A stretch of DNA of 40,124 nucleotides from Candidatus Eiseniibacteriota bacterium (GCA_031431875.1 JANPEF010000002.1:1-40124); one strand, 5' to 3'. Numbered from the stretch's first letter, positions 7,813 to 17,837 are shown. The notes: generated from the letters alone by a model not told the origin. Translations and numbers: made by a program.

Positions 7813-10800
7813 TGCGCTGGACCGACCTGTTCATCAAGCGACCCGTCCTCGCGATCGTCATCAACCTGCTCATCCTGATTGCCGGCATCCAGTCGATCCG
7901 CTCGCTCTCGGTGCGCCAGTATCCGCGCACCGACATCGCGCTGGTCACGGTGACCACCGCCTACGTCGGCGCCAACGCCGACCTCGTGCGCGGTTTCATC
8001 ACCACGCCGCTCGAGCGCGTGATCGCCAGCGCCGATGGCATCGATTACATCGAGTCGAGCAGCGGCCAGGGTGTGAGCACGATCACCGTGCACCTGAAGA
8101 TCAACTACGACACCAACGCCGCACTCACCCAGATCCAGGCCAAGGTGGCGCAGGTGAAGAACGACCTGCCGCCCGAGGCGCAGGCGCCGATCATCGAGCT
8201 GACCAGCGCCGACGTCGACTTCGCGTCGATGTACATCGGCTTCTCCTCGGCGACGCTCGAGCAGAGCCAGATCAGCGACTACCTGGTGCGCGTCGTGCAG
8301 CCCAAGCTGACCGCGATCCAGGGCGTGCAGCGCGCCGACATCCTGGGTGGCCGCACGTTCGCCATGCGGGTCTGGCTGAAGCCCGACCAGATGGCGGCGC
8401 GCGGGATCTCGGCGTCGCAGGTGCGCGACGCGCTGGCGGCGAACAACTACCTGTCGGCGCTGGGCCAGACCAAGGGCTCCATGGTGTCGGTCAACCTGGT
8501 GGCGAACACCGCCCTCAAGTCGCCCGAGGAGTTCCGCTCCCTGGTGATCAAGTCCGAGGGGAACGACGTCGTCCGTCTCGGCGACATCGCCGACGTCGTC
8601 CTCGGGTCCGAGAACTACGACCAGGACGTGCGCTTCGACGGGCAGGACGCGATCTTCATGGGAATCTGGGTGCTCCCGGGGTCGAACTCGCTCGAGGTCA
8701 TCCGCAATGTGCGCGAGGCGATGCCCGGGATCGCGGCCGAGCTGCCCACGGGCATGAAGTCGGGCATTCCGTACGACTCGACGCTGTACATCGAGGAAGC
8801 GATCCAGGAAGTGCTCAAGACGCTGGCCGAGACGCTGCTCATCGTCGTGCTCGTCATCTTCCTGTTCCTCGGCTCCGTGCGCGGTCTGATCATCCCGGTG
8901 ATCGCGATCCCGATCTCGCTCATCGGAGCGGTCTTCCTGATGGCCACGTTCGGCTTCACCATCAACCTGCTGACGCTGCTCGCCGTCGTGCTGTCGGTCG
9001 GACTGGTGGTCGACGACGCCATCGTCATGGTCGAGAACGTCGAGCGGCACCTGCACGACGGAATGCAGCCCATGGAGGCCGCGCTGGCCGCCGCACGCGA
9101 GCTGGTCGGGCCGATCATCGCCATGACCATCACGCTGGCCGCGGTGTACACGCCGATCGCGCTGCAGGGTGGCCTCACCGGCGCGCTGTTCCGGGAATTC
9201 GCGCTCACGCTCGCCGGGGCGGTGATCATCTCCGGCGTCGTCGCGCTGACGCTTTCGCCGATGATGGGCTCGCGGCTGCTGCGGGCGGGCGACACCGAGA
9301 AGGGCTTCGCGGGGCACATCAACCGCCAGTTCGATCGCCTGCGCCAGGCCTACGCCCGGACGCTCGCGGGCAGCCTCGAATACCGGCCGGTGATGCTCGT
9401 GCTGTGGGGCCTGGTCATCCTCCTGATCGTGCCGTTCTACATGTTCTCGCAGAAGGAACTGGCGCCGAACGAGGACCAGAGCGTGGTGTTCGGCATCATC
9501 CAGGCGCCCCCGAATGCGACGATCGACCAGACCAAGCTGTTCGCCTCGCAGGTCGAGGCGGTCTATCGCTCGATTCCCGAACACAAGAACACGTTCCAGA
9601 TCCTGTTCCCCAGCGGCGGCTTCGGCGGCATGGTCACCAAGCCGTGGAATGAGCGCAAGCGGACCACCGGCGAAATGCAGGTCGAGGCCGCGGGCAAACT
9701 CTCGAAGATCCCCGGTATCCGCATCATCTCGGTGACGCCGCCGGCGCTGCCGGGTGGCGGTTCGTTCCCGGTCGACCTCGTGATCTCCTCGACGGCGCCG
9801 CCGGAGCAGGTCGCGGAGTTCGCGGGCCAGCTCGTCGGCAAGGCGTTCGCCAGCGGGCAGTTCATGTTCGCCGACACGGACGTGAAGTTCGACCAGCCGC
9901 AGGCCGAGGTCGTGTTCGACCGCGACATGGTGCGCGCCCAGGGCGTGGACATGGCGCAAGCGGGTCGGGATCTTTCGACGCTGTACGGCGGCAACTACGT
10001 GAACCGCTTCAGCATCGAGGGCCGCAGCTACAAGGTGATCCCGCAGGTCAAGCGCTCGGAGCGGCTGACGCCGGACCAGCTCGCCGACGTCATGGTCACC
10101 GGCGCGGGAGGCAAGCTCGTTCCGCTCTCGACCTTCGCGACGATCAAGACCACCGTCGAGCCGCGGGAGCTCAAGCGCTTCCAGCAGCTCAATGCGGTGC
10201 GCATCCAGGGGGCGATTCCGCCGGGCGTGCCGCTCGACGGCGCGCTCAAGGTGCTGGAAGACGAGGGAAAGAAGATCCTGCCCCAGGGCTACTCGCTCGA
10301 CTACGCCGGTGAGTCACGCCAGCTGCGCACCGAGGGCGGAGGCTTTCTCCTCATCTTCCTGCTCTCGGCGATCCTCATCTACCTCGTGCTTGCCGCACAG
10401 TTCGAGAGTTTCCGCGATCCGTTCGTGGTCCTCGCCGGGTCGGCGCCGCTGGCGGTTGCCGGCGCGCTGTTCTTCTCGTTCATGGGCTTCACCACGCTCA
10501 ACATCTACAGCCAGGTCGGTCTCATCACGCTGGTCGGGCTGGTGGCCAAGAACGGGATCCTCATCGTCGAGTTCGCCAATCACCTGCAGGAGCAGGGGAG
10601 GAGCAAGCTCGAGGCGGTGATCGAGGCGGCGGCGACGCGACTGCGGCCCATTCTGATGACGACGGCGGCGACCGTGTTCGGCCACCTGCCGCTGGTGTTC
10701 GCGCACGGCCCGGGCGCGGGCGCGCGCAACTCGATCGGCATCATGCTGGTCTCGGGCATGATCATCGGCACGACGTTCACGCTGTTCGTCGTCCCGTCGA

Positions 10801-10889
10801 TCTACATGGCGGTGGCGAAGACGCGCACCCGCACGGTCGAGGACGAGGGGCGGGCGGACGTCCACGGAACGGTGCCGATCCCGGTCTGA
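7812..10889 (+). CDS. RND efflux permease subunit (AcrB/AcrD/AcrF family, MexI/MexW-like)
   Basis: 1025 aa. FIKRPVLA start, GLVVDDAIVMVENVERH, KNGILIVEFAN and RLRPILMTT motifs. Coupled to the MFP gene by a TGATG overlap. Confidence 0.96.
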   Translation: MRWTDLFIKRPVLAIVINLLILIAGIQSIRSLSVRQYPRTDIALVTVTTAYVGANADLVRGFITTPLERVIASADGIDYIESSSGQGVSTITVHLKINYDTNAALTQIQAKVAQVKNDLPPEAQAPIIELTSADVDFASMYIGFSSATLEQSQISDYLVRVVQPKLTAIQGVQRADILGGRTFAMRVWLKPDQMAARGISASQVRDALAANNYLSALGQTKGSMVSVNLVANTALKSPEEFRSLVIKSEGNDVVRLGDIADVVLGSENYDQDVRFDGQDAIFMGIWVLPGSNSLEVIRNVREAMPGIAAELPTGMKSGIPYDSTLYIEEAIQEVLKTLAETLLIVVLVIFLFLGSVRGLIIPVIAIPISLIGAVFLMATFGFTINLLTLLAVVLSVGLVVDDAIVMVENVERHLHDGMQPMEAALAAARELVGPIIAMTITLAAVYTPIALQGGLTGALFREFALTLAGAVIISGVVALTLSPMMGSRLLRAGDTEKGFAGHINRQFDRLRQAYARTLAGSLEYRPVMLVLWGLVILLIVPFYMFSQKELAPNEDQSVVFGIIQAPPNATIDQTKLFASQVEAVYRSIPEHKNTFQILFPSGGFGGMVTKPWNERKRTTGEMQVEAAGKLSKIPGIRIISVTPPALPGGGSFPVDLVISSTAPPEQVAEFAGQLVGKAFASGQFMFADTDVKFDQPQAEVVFDRDMVRAQGVDMAQAGRDLSTLYGGNYVNRFSIEGRSYKVIPQVKRSERLTPDQLADVMVTGAGGKLVPLSTFATIKTTVEPRELKRFQQLNAVRIQGAIPPGVPLDGALKVLEDEGKKILPQGYSLDYAGESRQLRTEGGGFLLIFLLSAILIYLVLAAQFESFRDPFVVLAGSAPLAVAGALFFSFMGFTTLNIYSQVGLITLVGLVAKNGILIVEFANHLQEQGRSKLEAVIEAAATRLRPILMTTAATVFGHLPLVFAHGPGAGARNSIGIMLVSGMIIGTTFTLFVVPSIYMAVAKTRTRTVEDEGRADVHGTVPIPV

Positions 10890-13418
10890 TCAGCCGGCCC
10901 GGGGAGTTCCCGCCCCGTCCTCGGGCAGGCCGAGAATCCGTTCGAACTCGGCGTCTCCGCGCAGCCAGGCCAGCTCGTTACTGCGCCGAAACTCGGACAC
11001 CGGATAGCCCCGTTCGACGGCGCGCCGGATCCAGCCGAGTCCCGCGTCCCTCTCCCCGAGGTCGATGTGGATGTGGGCCGCGCGCACGATGACGTCCATG
11101 TCGTCCGGCGCCTTGTCGACCGCGAGTTCGAGCGCCTTGCGCGCCTCACTGTTACGCCCCCGGCTGGCCAGCCATTCCGCCAGCCGCGCCCAGAGCCGGT
11201 AGTCCGCGGGGTTCTGCTGCAGGCGCTCGTACCCCAGAGCGATGGCGCGATCGAGTCCGGCCACCGACTCCTGCTCATGCCCGGGGATCCAGCGATAGGC
11301 GTTTCCCAGATTGCCCCACAGGATGGGGTCTGCAGGCCTCAACTGGGTGGCGCTGCGGAACATCTCGGCCGCCTCCTCGTACTCCTTCTGGAAGTAGAGC
11401 ACCGTTGCAAGGTTGGAATAGGCCAGGGCGTTCGGCTGAATGGACAGGGACCGCCGATAGGCTTCGACCGCCGCTTCGAATTGATCCAGGCCGTGATGAC
11501 AGGTTCCGATGTTGCGCCAGCCGATTGCGTTGTCCGGAGTGAGCTCGACGACGCGTCGCCAGGCGGCGAGCGCCTCGGCGAAGTGGCCCCGCCGAGCCAG
11601 CGCCTCGCCCAGCACGTTGTGCCCCCTCCAATCATCCGGAGCCACGGCGATGGCCTCGCGAGCGTGCGCCTCGGCGGCGTCGGCATCGGCCATGGCCAGC
11701 CGCGTGCGGGCGAGGCCGCACAGCGCGTCGAAGTGTCCGGGCGAGCGGGCGAGGACGAGGTCGTATTCGCTGACGGCTGCATCGTGCAGCCCGGCCTCGC
11801 TGCGCAACTCGCCGAGAGCGAGGTGCACGATCAGCGAATCCGGATCGAGCGTGCGGGCGCGATCGACCGCGTCAGCGGCGCGGGCTTCCCACGCGCGTTG
11901 CTTGCTCAGGCGGAACTTGTAGAGCAGCGCCCGCCCGAGGGATCCCCAGAGGTGGGCCGACCTGCCGTCGGCGGCCAGAAGCTGTTCGAGCAGTCGGATG
12001 GCCCCGTCCACCGAGGTCTCGCTGTCGTAGCGACGGAGTGAGGCGAGGGCCTGAAGATGGTGATCCTCGCTGGCGGCATCCGGGGGTCTTGTCGGCTCGC
12101 GGTCAAGGTTCCGCGTGACCTGGATGGCGAGGCTGTGGCGAATGGCACGCACCACGTCGTCCTCGAGTTGGAACAGATCGAACACGGATCCGTCGAGGAC
12201 GCCGCCGCCGAAGTGAACGCCGTTTCGGGCGTCGATCAGCGAGTACGACGCCCGGAGCGAGGAACCCTCGAGGGCCACGGTGCCAACGAGGATCGCGTTC
12301 GCACCCTGCGATCGCGCGAAGGCGATCGGCTCGGTCGGCGGCATCGAGGTGGCGCTGGAGGTCTGGTGCGGGAGGACCACGCGGATGCCCGTGCCCGAGG
12401 CGAGGGCGGCCCGGATCGTGCCGTCGAGGCGGGTGACGAGAACGTCGCAGGCATCCGCCCCCGCCTGCGTCATGCCCGAACGAGTGAACGGGAGAACGCT
12501 GAGGAAGAGGGGATCCGGACGAGCCCCGCCAGCCGGTGCCGCTCCGATCGGTGCCTCGCCGGGACCGTGTCGCGGTGCTTCCAGGCCAGCGGCCGCGCTC
12601 GCCGCGGCTACCGCATTCATGCCCTCGAGTTCGGCGAGAAAGGCGCGCACCGTCGGAAATCGACACGCGGGATCCCGGGCGATCGCGCGCAGCACCAGGG
12701 CATCGAGCGCAGGGGCGATCTCGGGACGGAGCGCCGATGGCGGCGTGGGGTCCGCGTCGAGGGATTGCTGGACCAGCACCGCCGTCGACGGACCCGAGAA
12801 CGGATGCGTCCCCGTGAGGGCTTCATAGAAGACGATGCCGAGTCCGTAGAGATCGCTCCGCGCGTCGGCCTCGTTGCCGCGCAGGATTTCGGGGGCCATG
12901 TAGGGAGCCGTCCCCATGCTCGCACCGACCTCGGTCAGTCGCGTCTCCCATGCGGCGAGGGCGAGCCCGAAATCGAGCAGGTAGACGCGGCCCTCCCGGG
13001 AAATCATGATGTTCCGCCCGGTGACGTCGCGATGGATGATGCGGTGATCGTGAGCGTAGGCGAGCGCATCGGCGACCGCGGCGACGATCCGGATCGCCTC
13101 GGCGATCGGCATCAACGATCGGCGTGCCCGATCGCTCAGAACCTCGCCGTCGATGCAACTGAGGACCAGGTAGGGTCGCCCGTCGACGTCACCGGTGTCG
13201 AACGCCGCAACGATTCCGGGGTGGGTGAGCGCCGCCGTCGATTCCGCCTCGTGGAGGAAGCGGCGGACGACATCCCCGAACTGCGCCCACTTCTCATCGA
13301 GGATCTTGAGTGCGACCACGCGACCCAGGAGGTCGTCCTTCGCCTTCCACACGGAAGCGAGGCCCCCCTGCCCGAGCGGGCCGATGATCTCGTAGCGTCC
13401 GAACTTGCGACCAATCAC
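10890..13418 (-). CDS. Hanks-type protein kinase with TolB-like middle domain and C-terminal TPR repeats (about 842 aa)
   Basis: GTG start at 13418 (MIGRKFGRYEIIGPLGQGG). Motifs VALKIL, HPGIV, HRDVTGRN, DFGLA, GTAPYMAPE and SDLYGLG, then an SVLPF domain and multiple TPRs. No obvious TM helix. Confidence 0.9.
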   Translation of the reverse strand: MIGRKFGRYEIIGPLGQGGLASVWKAKDDLLGRVVALKILDEKWAQFGDVVRRFLHEAESTAALTHPGIVAAFDTGDVDGRPYLVLSCIDGEVLSDRARRSLMPIAEAIRIVAAVADALAYAHDHRIIHRDVTGRNIMISREGRVYLLDFGLALAAWETRLTEVGASMGTAPYMAPEILRGNEADARSDLYGLGIVFYEALTGTHPFSGPSTAVLVQQSLDADPTPPSALRPEIAPALDALVLRAIARDPACRFPTVRAFLAELEGMNAVAAASAAAGLEAPRHGPGEAPIGAAPAGGARPDPLFLSVLPFTRSGMTQAGADACDVLVTRLDGTIRAALASGTGIRVVLPHQTSSATSMPPTEPIAFARSQGANAILVGTVALEGSSLRASYSLIDARNGVHFGGGVLDGSVFDLFQLEDDVVRAIRHSLAIQVTRNLDREPTRPPDAASEDHHLQALASLRRYDSETSVDGAIRLLEQLLAADGRSAHLWGSLGRALLYKFRLSKQRAWEARAADAVDRARTLDPDSLIVHLALGELRSEAGLHDAAVSEYDLVLARSPGHFDALCGLARTRLAMADADAAEAHAREAIAVAPDDWRGHNVLGEALARRGHFAEALAAWRRVVELTPDNAIGWRNIGTCHHGLDQFEAAVEAYRRSLSIQPNALAYSNLATVLYFQKEYEEAAEMFRSATQLRPADPILWGNLGNAYRWIPGHEQESVAGLDRAIALGYERLQQNPADYRLWARLAEWLASRGRNSEARKALELAVDKAPDDMDVIVRAAHIHIDLGERDAGLGWIRRAVERGYPVSEFRRSNELAWLRGDAEFERILGLPEDGAGTPRAG

Positions 13419-13441
13419 GGATCCGCCCTCTGATCGCCGAC

Positions 13442-15367
13442 TCAGCGCCGCATGACCGCGGTCCAGTATACGGTCTGGGGTGAGTCGCCGAGCGTCTCCC
13501 CCTTGATGCGCAGTTCCCATGTCCCATCGGAGACCGCGACCTCGGTGGTGCCGCGCTCGAAGACCCCGGCGGCGCCGTCGCCCGTGATCCGGGCCGTCCC
13601 GCCGAAGTCGACGAGCTCGAAGTTGATGTCGTTGTGCGTGTCGATCTCCATGCCTGACTCGATCACCAGCGTCTCGGGCCACCACAGGGCGACTTCGATC
13701 GTCCGGATGTCGTCCCACAGGATCTCGAGCGGAATCGTCACCTCCGGAAATGCGTCGGTGATCTCGACCTTGCCGAAGTAGCACCAGCCGTTGGTCGGCA
13801 GCTCGATCCGCCCGGCACCCTCCTTCGTCCCGGCCGCGTACGGGCCCACCGTCCGGCCGGAGGCGATGAGCTGGGCGTAGACCTGACCCGGATCGACAAC
13901 CCCGCCTCGCGCATCCGTCATCCAGTTGCGGATGAGGGCGGCGCCGGCGCCGACGTAGGGGGTCGCCCCGCTCGTCGCGGAGAGGTAGTAGGCCGCGTCG
14001 TCGGTGGTCGAGCCCGCCGACTCGGTGTTCGTCGGGGCCTGGACGTCGGGCTTGATCCGCCCATCGGTTGTCGTCCCGTAACTCTGCGAGGCGACGGTGA
14101 GGTCCGATGCCATGTCCCTCGCCCCGACGCCGAGCACGCGCCGGGACGCGGCCGGAACCCCGATCGGGATCGTGCCGCTGGAGGAGGCGAAGTTCCCGTT
14201 GGCGGCGACGACCACGGCGCCGGCGGCGAACGCATTGTCGGCTGCCACCCCGATCGCCGCCGCTTCGGCCGAGTAGTCCTGCATCTCCGCGATGATGACC
14301 CGATCGAGCAGCGCCGTCGCCGTCTGGAAGCCCCGCAACGCCGCGCTGACCACGAGCTCGCCGCTTCCGCTCGCGCTCGCCTCGTAGACGCGGAACACGT
14401 CGAGGCTCGCAGCCGTCACTCCGCGATGGCTCTGCAACGTGGCATCGGTGGTGTTCGCTGCCACGAGGGCGGCCGAGCTGGTGCCGTGTCCCGTGGTGAC
14501 GTCGGCGCTGCTGCCGCCTACGCAATCCTCGTCCCCATCCACGCAGTCGCCCAGGGTCGAGAACGGTCGACTCGTGGCGTCGAACAGGATGTGCCCGTCC
14601 CGGACGCCCGTGTCGAGCAGGCTGATCCAGCCGTAGGCGACCCCGAGGTCGTAGTAGGGGTCGCTCGAGATGAGGCGCCGCCCGTCATCCGCGTCGTTGG
14701 CGGTGTTGGAATCGAATCCGCTCGGCGGCGGAAAAGGTGTGTGATCGCGCTGGATGTAGACGACGTCCGGCCGCTTCGCCAGGCTGTCCACGAAACCGAT
14801 CGGCATGAGCACGCGCAGCGCCTGGGCGATCCAGTAGCGTTCGAGGATCTGCGCGTCAAACGTGGTCACCAGGGCCAGGGTATCGGCGTTGTACTGGCTA
14901 TCGCGCTGGGCTTCGATGCCATCGATCAGGATCGAAGCCGCCGCGCGGGCTGCCAGATTGACCGCACCCAGTGGTGACGACTGCATGTCCGGTTCGGGGA
15001 AGCGCGGAATGATGGCGTGGTCCACGAACGTGATGATCAGCGTGTCGATCTTGGTCCCGGAGCTGTCCGCGATCCAGCGGCGGAGTACGGAATCGATTCC
15101 GGCGACGTGCGCGTGTGAACGGCGCGGACCGGGTGAGCGAAACCACCAGGGGCGCCAGCGGTAGCTGTGGGGAGGAAGGGGGCCCACGATCGTGGCGCCC
15201 TGCCGGATCGAGTCGAGGGAGGCGAGTGTGATGAGATCGAACTCGTCCTCCCCCGCGTTCGCGGCAGCTTTGTGGTGCGCGGGGGCGCATCCGACCAGGG
15301 ACAGGAACAGGCAGGTCGCAGGGAGCAGCCGCCCTCTCCGTCTTGATGCTCCGCTCAGAGCTTGCAC
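13442..15367 (-). CDS. S8 (subtilisin-family) serine peptidase, probable lipoprotein
   Basis: Catalytic motifs SLLDTG (Asp), GHGTSSA (His), AANGN (oxyanion) and SATSGATP (Ser), plus KPDVQAP. Prodomain-like segment. Signal peptide with lipobox LVGC if GTG 15367 is the start. Confidence 0.85.
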   Translation of the reverse strand: MQALSGASRRRGRLLPATCLFLSLVGCAPAHHKAAANAGEDEFDLITLASLDSIRQGATIVGPLPPHSYRWRPWWFRSPGPRRSHAHVAGIDSVLRRWIADSSGTKIDTLIITFVDHAIIPRFPEPDMQSSPLGAVNLAARAAASILIDGIEAQRDSQYNADTLALVTTFDAQILERYWIAQALRVLMPIGFVDSLAKRPDVVYIQRDHTPFPPPSGFDSNTANDADDGRRLISSDPYYDLGVAYGWISLLDTGVRDGHILFDATSRPFSTLGDCVDGDEDCVGGSSADVTTGHGTSSAALVAANTTDATLQSHRGVTAASLDVFRVYEASASGSGELVVSAALRGFQTATALLDRVIIAEMQDYSAEAAAIGVAADNAFAAGAVVVAANGNFASSSGTIPIGVPAASRRVLGVGARDMASDLTVASQSYGTTTDGRIKPDVQAPTNTESAGSTTDDAAYYLSATSGATPYVGAGAALIRNWMTDARGGVVDPGQVYAQLIASGRTVGPYAAGTKEGAGRIELPTNGWCYFGKVEITDAFPEVTIPLEILWDDIRTIEVALWWPETLVIESGMEIDTHNDINFELVDFGGTARITGDGAAGVFERGTTEVAVSDGTWELRIKGETLGDSPQTVYWTAVMRR

Positions 15368-15395
15368 CGGACACCCCCCCGCGTTGGTGGATGGG

Positions 15396-15749
15396 TCAGT
15401 CGCCGATCCAGACTCCGGGTTCTCCCGGAGGCCCGCTCGGCGGATTGATCGTCGGATCGATCGCATAGTCGTAGACGCCACTCGGCGTGCCCGCATAGAC
15501 CGTGAACCAGCCCGACTTCCTTCCAGCCTCGACGGGAATGGACTGCGGGGGTTCGGCGAAGGGCCACACGGTGAAGACCATCGTGTGGCCGCGATCGGTC
15601 TCGTTCGACCAGCGAATCCGGTCGGGCGTCCCGGCTGCGGCGTTCTTCTTGAGGCTTGGCGTTGCCGGGACGGCGCCGACCCCGGACTCGAGGACGACCG
15701 TGAGATTCTCACGACCGGAGCCGGACTTTTTCTTGGCGGCCTTCTTCAT
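15396..15749 (-). CDS. Small hypothetical beta-rich protein (cupredoxin-like pattern), no signal peptide
   Basis: 117 aa with AGGAGGG RBS. Lys-rich N-terminus, then DRIRWSNE, HTMVF..WPF and GVYDYAIDP. First gene of the apparent operon with S8 and kinase. Confidence 0.7.
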   Translation of the reverse strand: MKKAAKKKSGSGRENLTVVLESGVGAVPATPSLKKNAAAGTPDRIRWSNETDRGHTMVFTVWPFAEPPQSIPVEAGRKSGWFTVYAGTPSGVYDYAIDPTINPPSGPPGEPGVWIGD

Positions 15750-15979
15750 GTTCCCTCCTGGAGACAGTGGCGGCGACGATTCCAGGGGGGAATCGTTGGC
15801 GGGCCGCAGGGACGGGGGGAGGGCAGAGCGAGGGGTTTATGCCGGGGCAGAGCCTAGCAGGTCACGAACCATCCGGCCACCCTCCCCGGCACCGGTTCCG
15901 ACGCAAGAACCCGCTGTTGCACGGTTGAAGAGGGGGTCGACGGGCGGGTGGACACGCCTGGGACGGTGCCGATTCCGGT

Positions 15980-16836
15980 CTAACTCCCGGTCTTCGTCGG
16001 GGCCTTCTCCAGCGCGTCGGCCCGCGCCGTGCTCATCGAGTGGTCGCCGTAGAAGAAGTTCGTGACCGAATCCTGGTCGCCGTACTTCTCGGCGAACCGC
16101 CGCCACAGCAGCGGCGCCTTCTTGTAGTCGTAGCCAGCCTCGTAGACGTAGCGGAGGCCGACGCGATCCGCCTGGTCCTCGTAGTCGCGGCTGTACGAAT
16201 TGTCGAATGCCGAGTAGCCGAGTTGCGTCGCCTGCTGCGCGAGGGTGCGCGCCGTCGAGTTGCCGATCATTCCGGCGCCGGCCGCCGCGAGCTGGCCCGC
16301 AAGCCCGCTCATCTGGTTCTTGCTGGCCTGCCGCCGGCTGTGCTCGTAGGTGGCGTGCGCGATCTCGTGGCCGAGCACGACGGCCAGCTCGTCGTCGTCG
16401 AGGTCCGCCATGATCCCCGTGTAGACGTAGATCGAGTCGTTGGCCATGGCCATCGCGTTCCACTCCGGATTCTCGACCACGTAGACGCGAACGCCGGCGG
16501 GCCGCTGGTGAACAGCTTGCCCATGCTCTGCATCTTCCCATCCGCGCCCTGCTCGACGATGGCCTGGGCGGCGACCCACGTCGACTCGGCCGTGTTCGTG
16601 CCCACGAGGATCTTCTCCTCGGTGCCGTCGACGTTGTTGGCCTTGGCCTCGAACTCGGAGGCCTTCACCGTGCCGCCGGCCTGGCGCAGGCCCCTGGCCC
16701 GCGCGCCATAGCCCAGCGGGATGTCGGCGACCGAGGTGAACCCGGCGGCCTTGATCTTCTTGTCGGCGGCGGCCACGGGGGCGGCGAGAGCGGCGAGCAA
16801 GGCGAACCCGGTGAGCATCGAATGCGACATGTGCAT
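15980..16836 (-). pseudogene. M48 family metallopeptidase with signal peptide, frameshifted near 16495-16503
   Basis: The N-terminal part (signal peptide...MGKLFTSGP) is in one frame. The C-terminal part (GVRVYVVENPEWNAMA...ELAVVLGHEIAH...EDQADRVG) with HExxH is in another. Confidence 0.8.
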
Positions 16837-16862
16837 GATGTTCAGTCTCCCTGCGAGTGGGG

Positions 16863-17837
16863 TCACGGAGCGCTGCGCGCGTTCTCGCGGCGGACGCTCT
16901 CGATGACTTCGCTGTAGTACGGCTTCTCCTTGAGGCTCGCATACTCACCGGGGAACATCACGAACGTGATGTCCGCGGAATACTCGGAGAAGCCGTTGAG
17001 GACGATCGCACAACGGTGGCCGCCCAGCAGCCGCGTGTTGTCGATCATCGGGAAGTCGAAGTAGCTCACCTTGAAGGTGGCGGTCTTGGTCTGCCGTCCC
17101 AGTGCGGGGTCCGGCGTCTCGACCGTGAGTTGGACGTCGAGCTCCTTGTTGGCCCGGTCGACGCCATTGATGTCGATCCGGATCGTCGACTGCAGCGAGT
17201 CGAGCATGAGCGTGGCCTCCTCGAGCGACGTGCCCACGGGGTCCCCGGTCAGGTCGATGCTGCGGTCGAACTTGTGGCCGACGCCCTCGAGCACGATCAC
17301 CTGCTTGCGACCAATCTCGCGGGCGACACGCTCCAGCCGGTCCATGTAGTCGACGTAGTCGGCGCGAACGCTCGCGTTGGGCGCGGCGGTGATGCCCCGC
17401 GTGATGCGGCGCTTGAGGTCGAGGAACAGCGGCTTCAGGTTCAGCGACTCGTGGAAGTTGTAGACCAGCAGCTCGAGGTTGAGCACGCTGTTGTCGAGGT
17501 CGCCCTTGTCCGAGGCGCTGACGAAGCTGCCGATGATCGTCTGGAACATGTCCTTGCGCAGCGCGCTCTCCGATTCCTCGCGCCGGCTCATCAGCTCGGA
17601 GTAGAGCCGCGCGTTGGTCTCGGCGGCCTGGCGCCGGTCAAGGAACTCCGACGACTTGAATCCGAGCACGCCGATCGCGAGCGCGGTGAACAACCCGCCC
17701 AGCGGTTGCACGAGGACCGCCAGCTTGTCCCAGAAGTCGCGCTTCACCGGCATGTGGACGTGCGAACGCGGCGACGCGCCGGCATCGTCGGCGGGGCCCT
17801 CGCGGCGCGGCGGCTGGTGGCCGTGGATCTCGCTCAC
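16863..17837 (-). CDS. Hypothetical membrane-anchored protein (about 324 aa)
   Basis: GTG 17837 overlaps the upstream stop (GTGA). One TM helix after RDFWDKL, then a helical region and a beta-rich C-terminal part (FDFPMIDNTRL). Strong codon bias. Confidence 0.75.
   Translation of the reverse strand: MSEIHGHQPPRREGPADDAGASPRSHVHMPVKRDFWDKLAVLVQPLGGLFTALAIGVLGFKSSEFLDRRQAAETNARLYSELMSRREESESALRKDMFQTIIGSFVSASDKGDLDNSVLNLELLVYNFHESLNLKPLFLDLKRRITRGITAAPNASVRADYVDYMDRLERVAREIGRKQVIVLEGVGHKFDRSIDLTGDPVGTSLEEATLMLDSLQSTIRIDINGVDRANKELDVQLTVETPDPALGRQTKTATFKVSYFDFPMIDNTRLLGGHRCAIVLNGFSEYSADITFVMFPGEYASLKEKPYYSEVIESVRRENARSAP

Noticed and set aside
7545..9959. Long antisense and off-frame ORFs (also 34..1749, 19442..21517, 21310..23319, 23585..26875, 24642..26795, 29738..31837, 31806..33791, 36885..38612)
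   Set aside because: Expected stop-poor shadow frames in high-GC DNA, overlapping well-supported genes, with no motifs.
6679..10889. RND pair lacking an outer-membrane factor gene
   Set aside because: Common arrangement; a TolC-like channel is often encoded elsewhere.
10887..10892. Convergent RND and kinase stop codons abutting as TGATCA
   Set aside because: No target-site duplication or att-like repeat seen at the other end of the cassette; probably incidental.
13419..14525. N-terminal extension of the 1211-aa kinase ORF
   Set aside because: Overlaps the S8 gene in another frame and has shadow-ORF composition. Kinase motifs start at GTG 13418 with an RBS.
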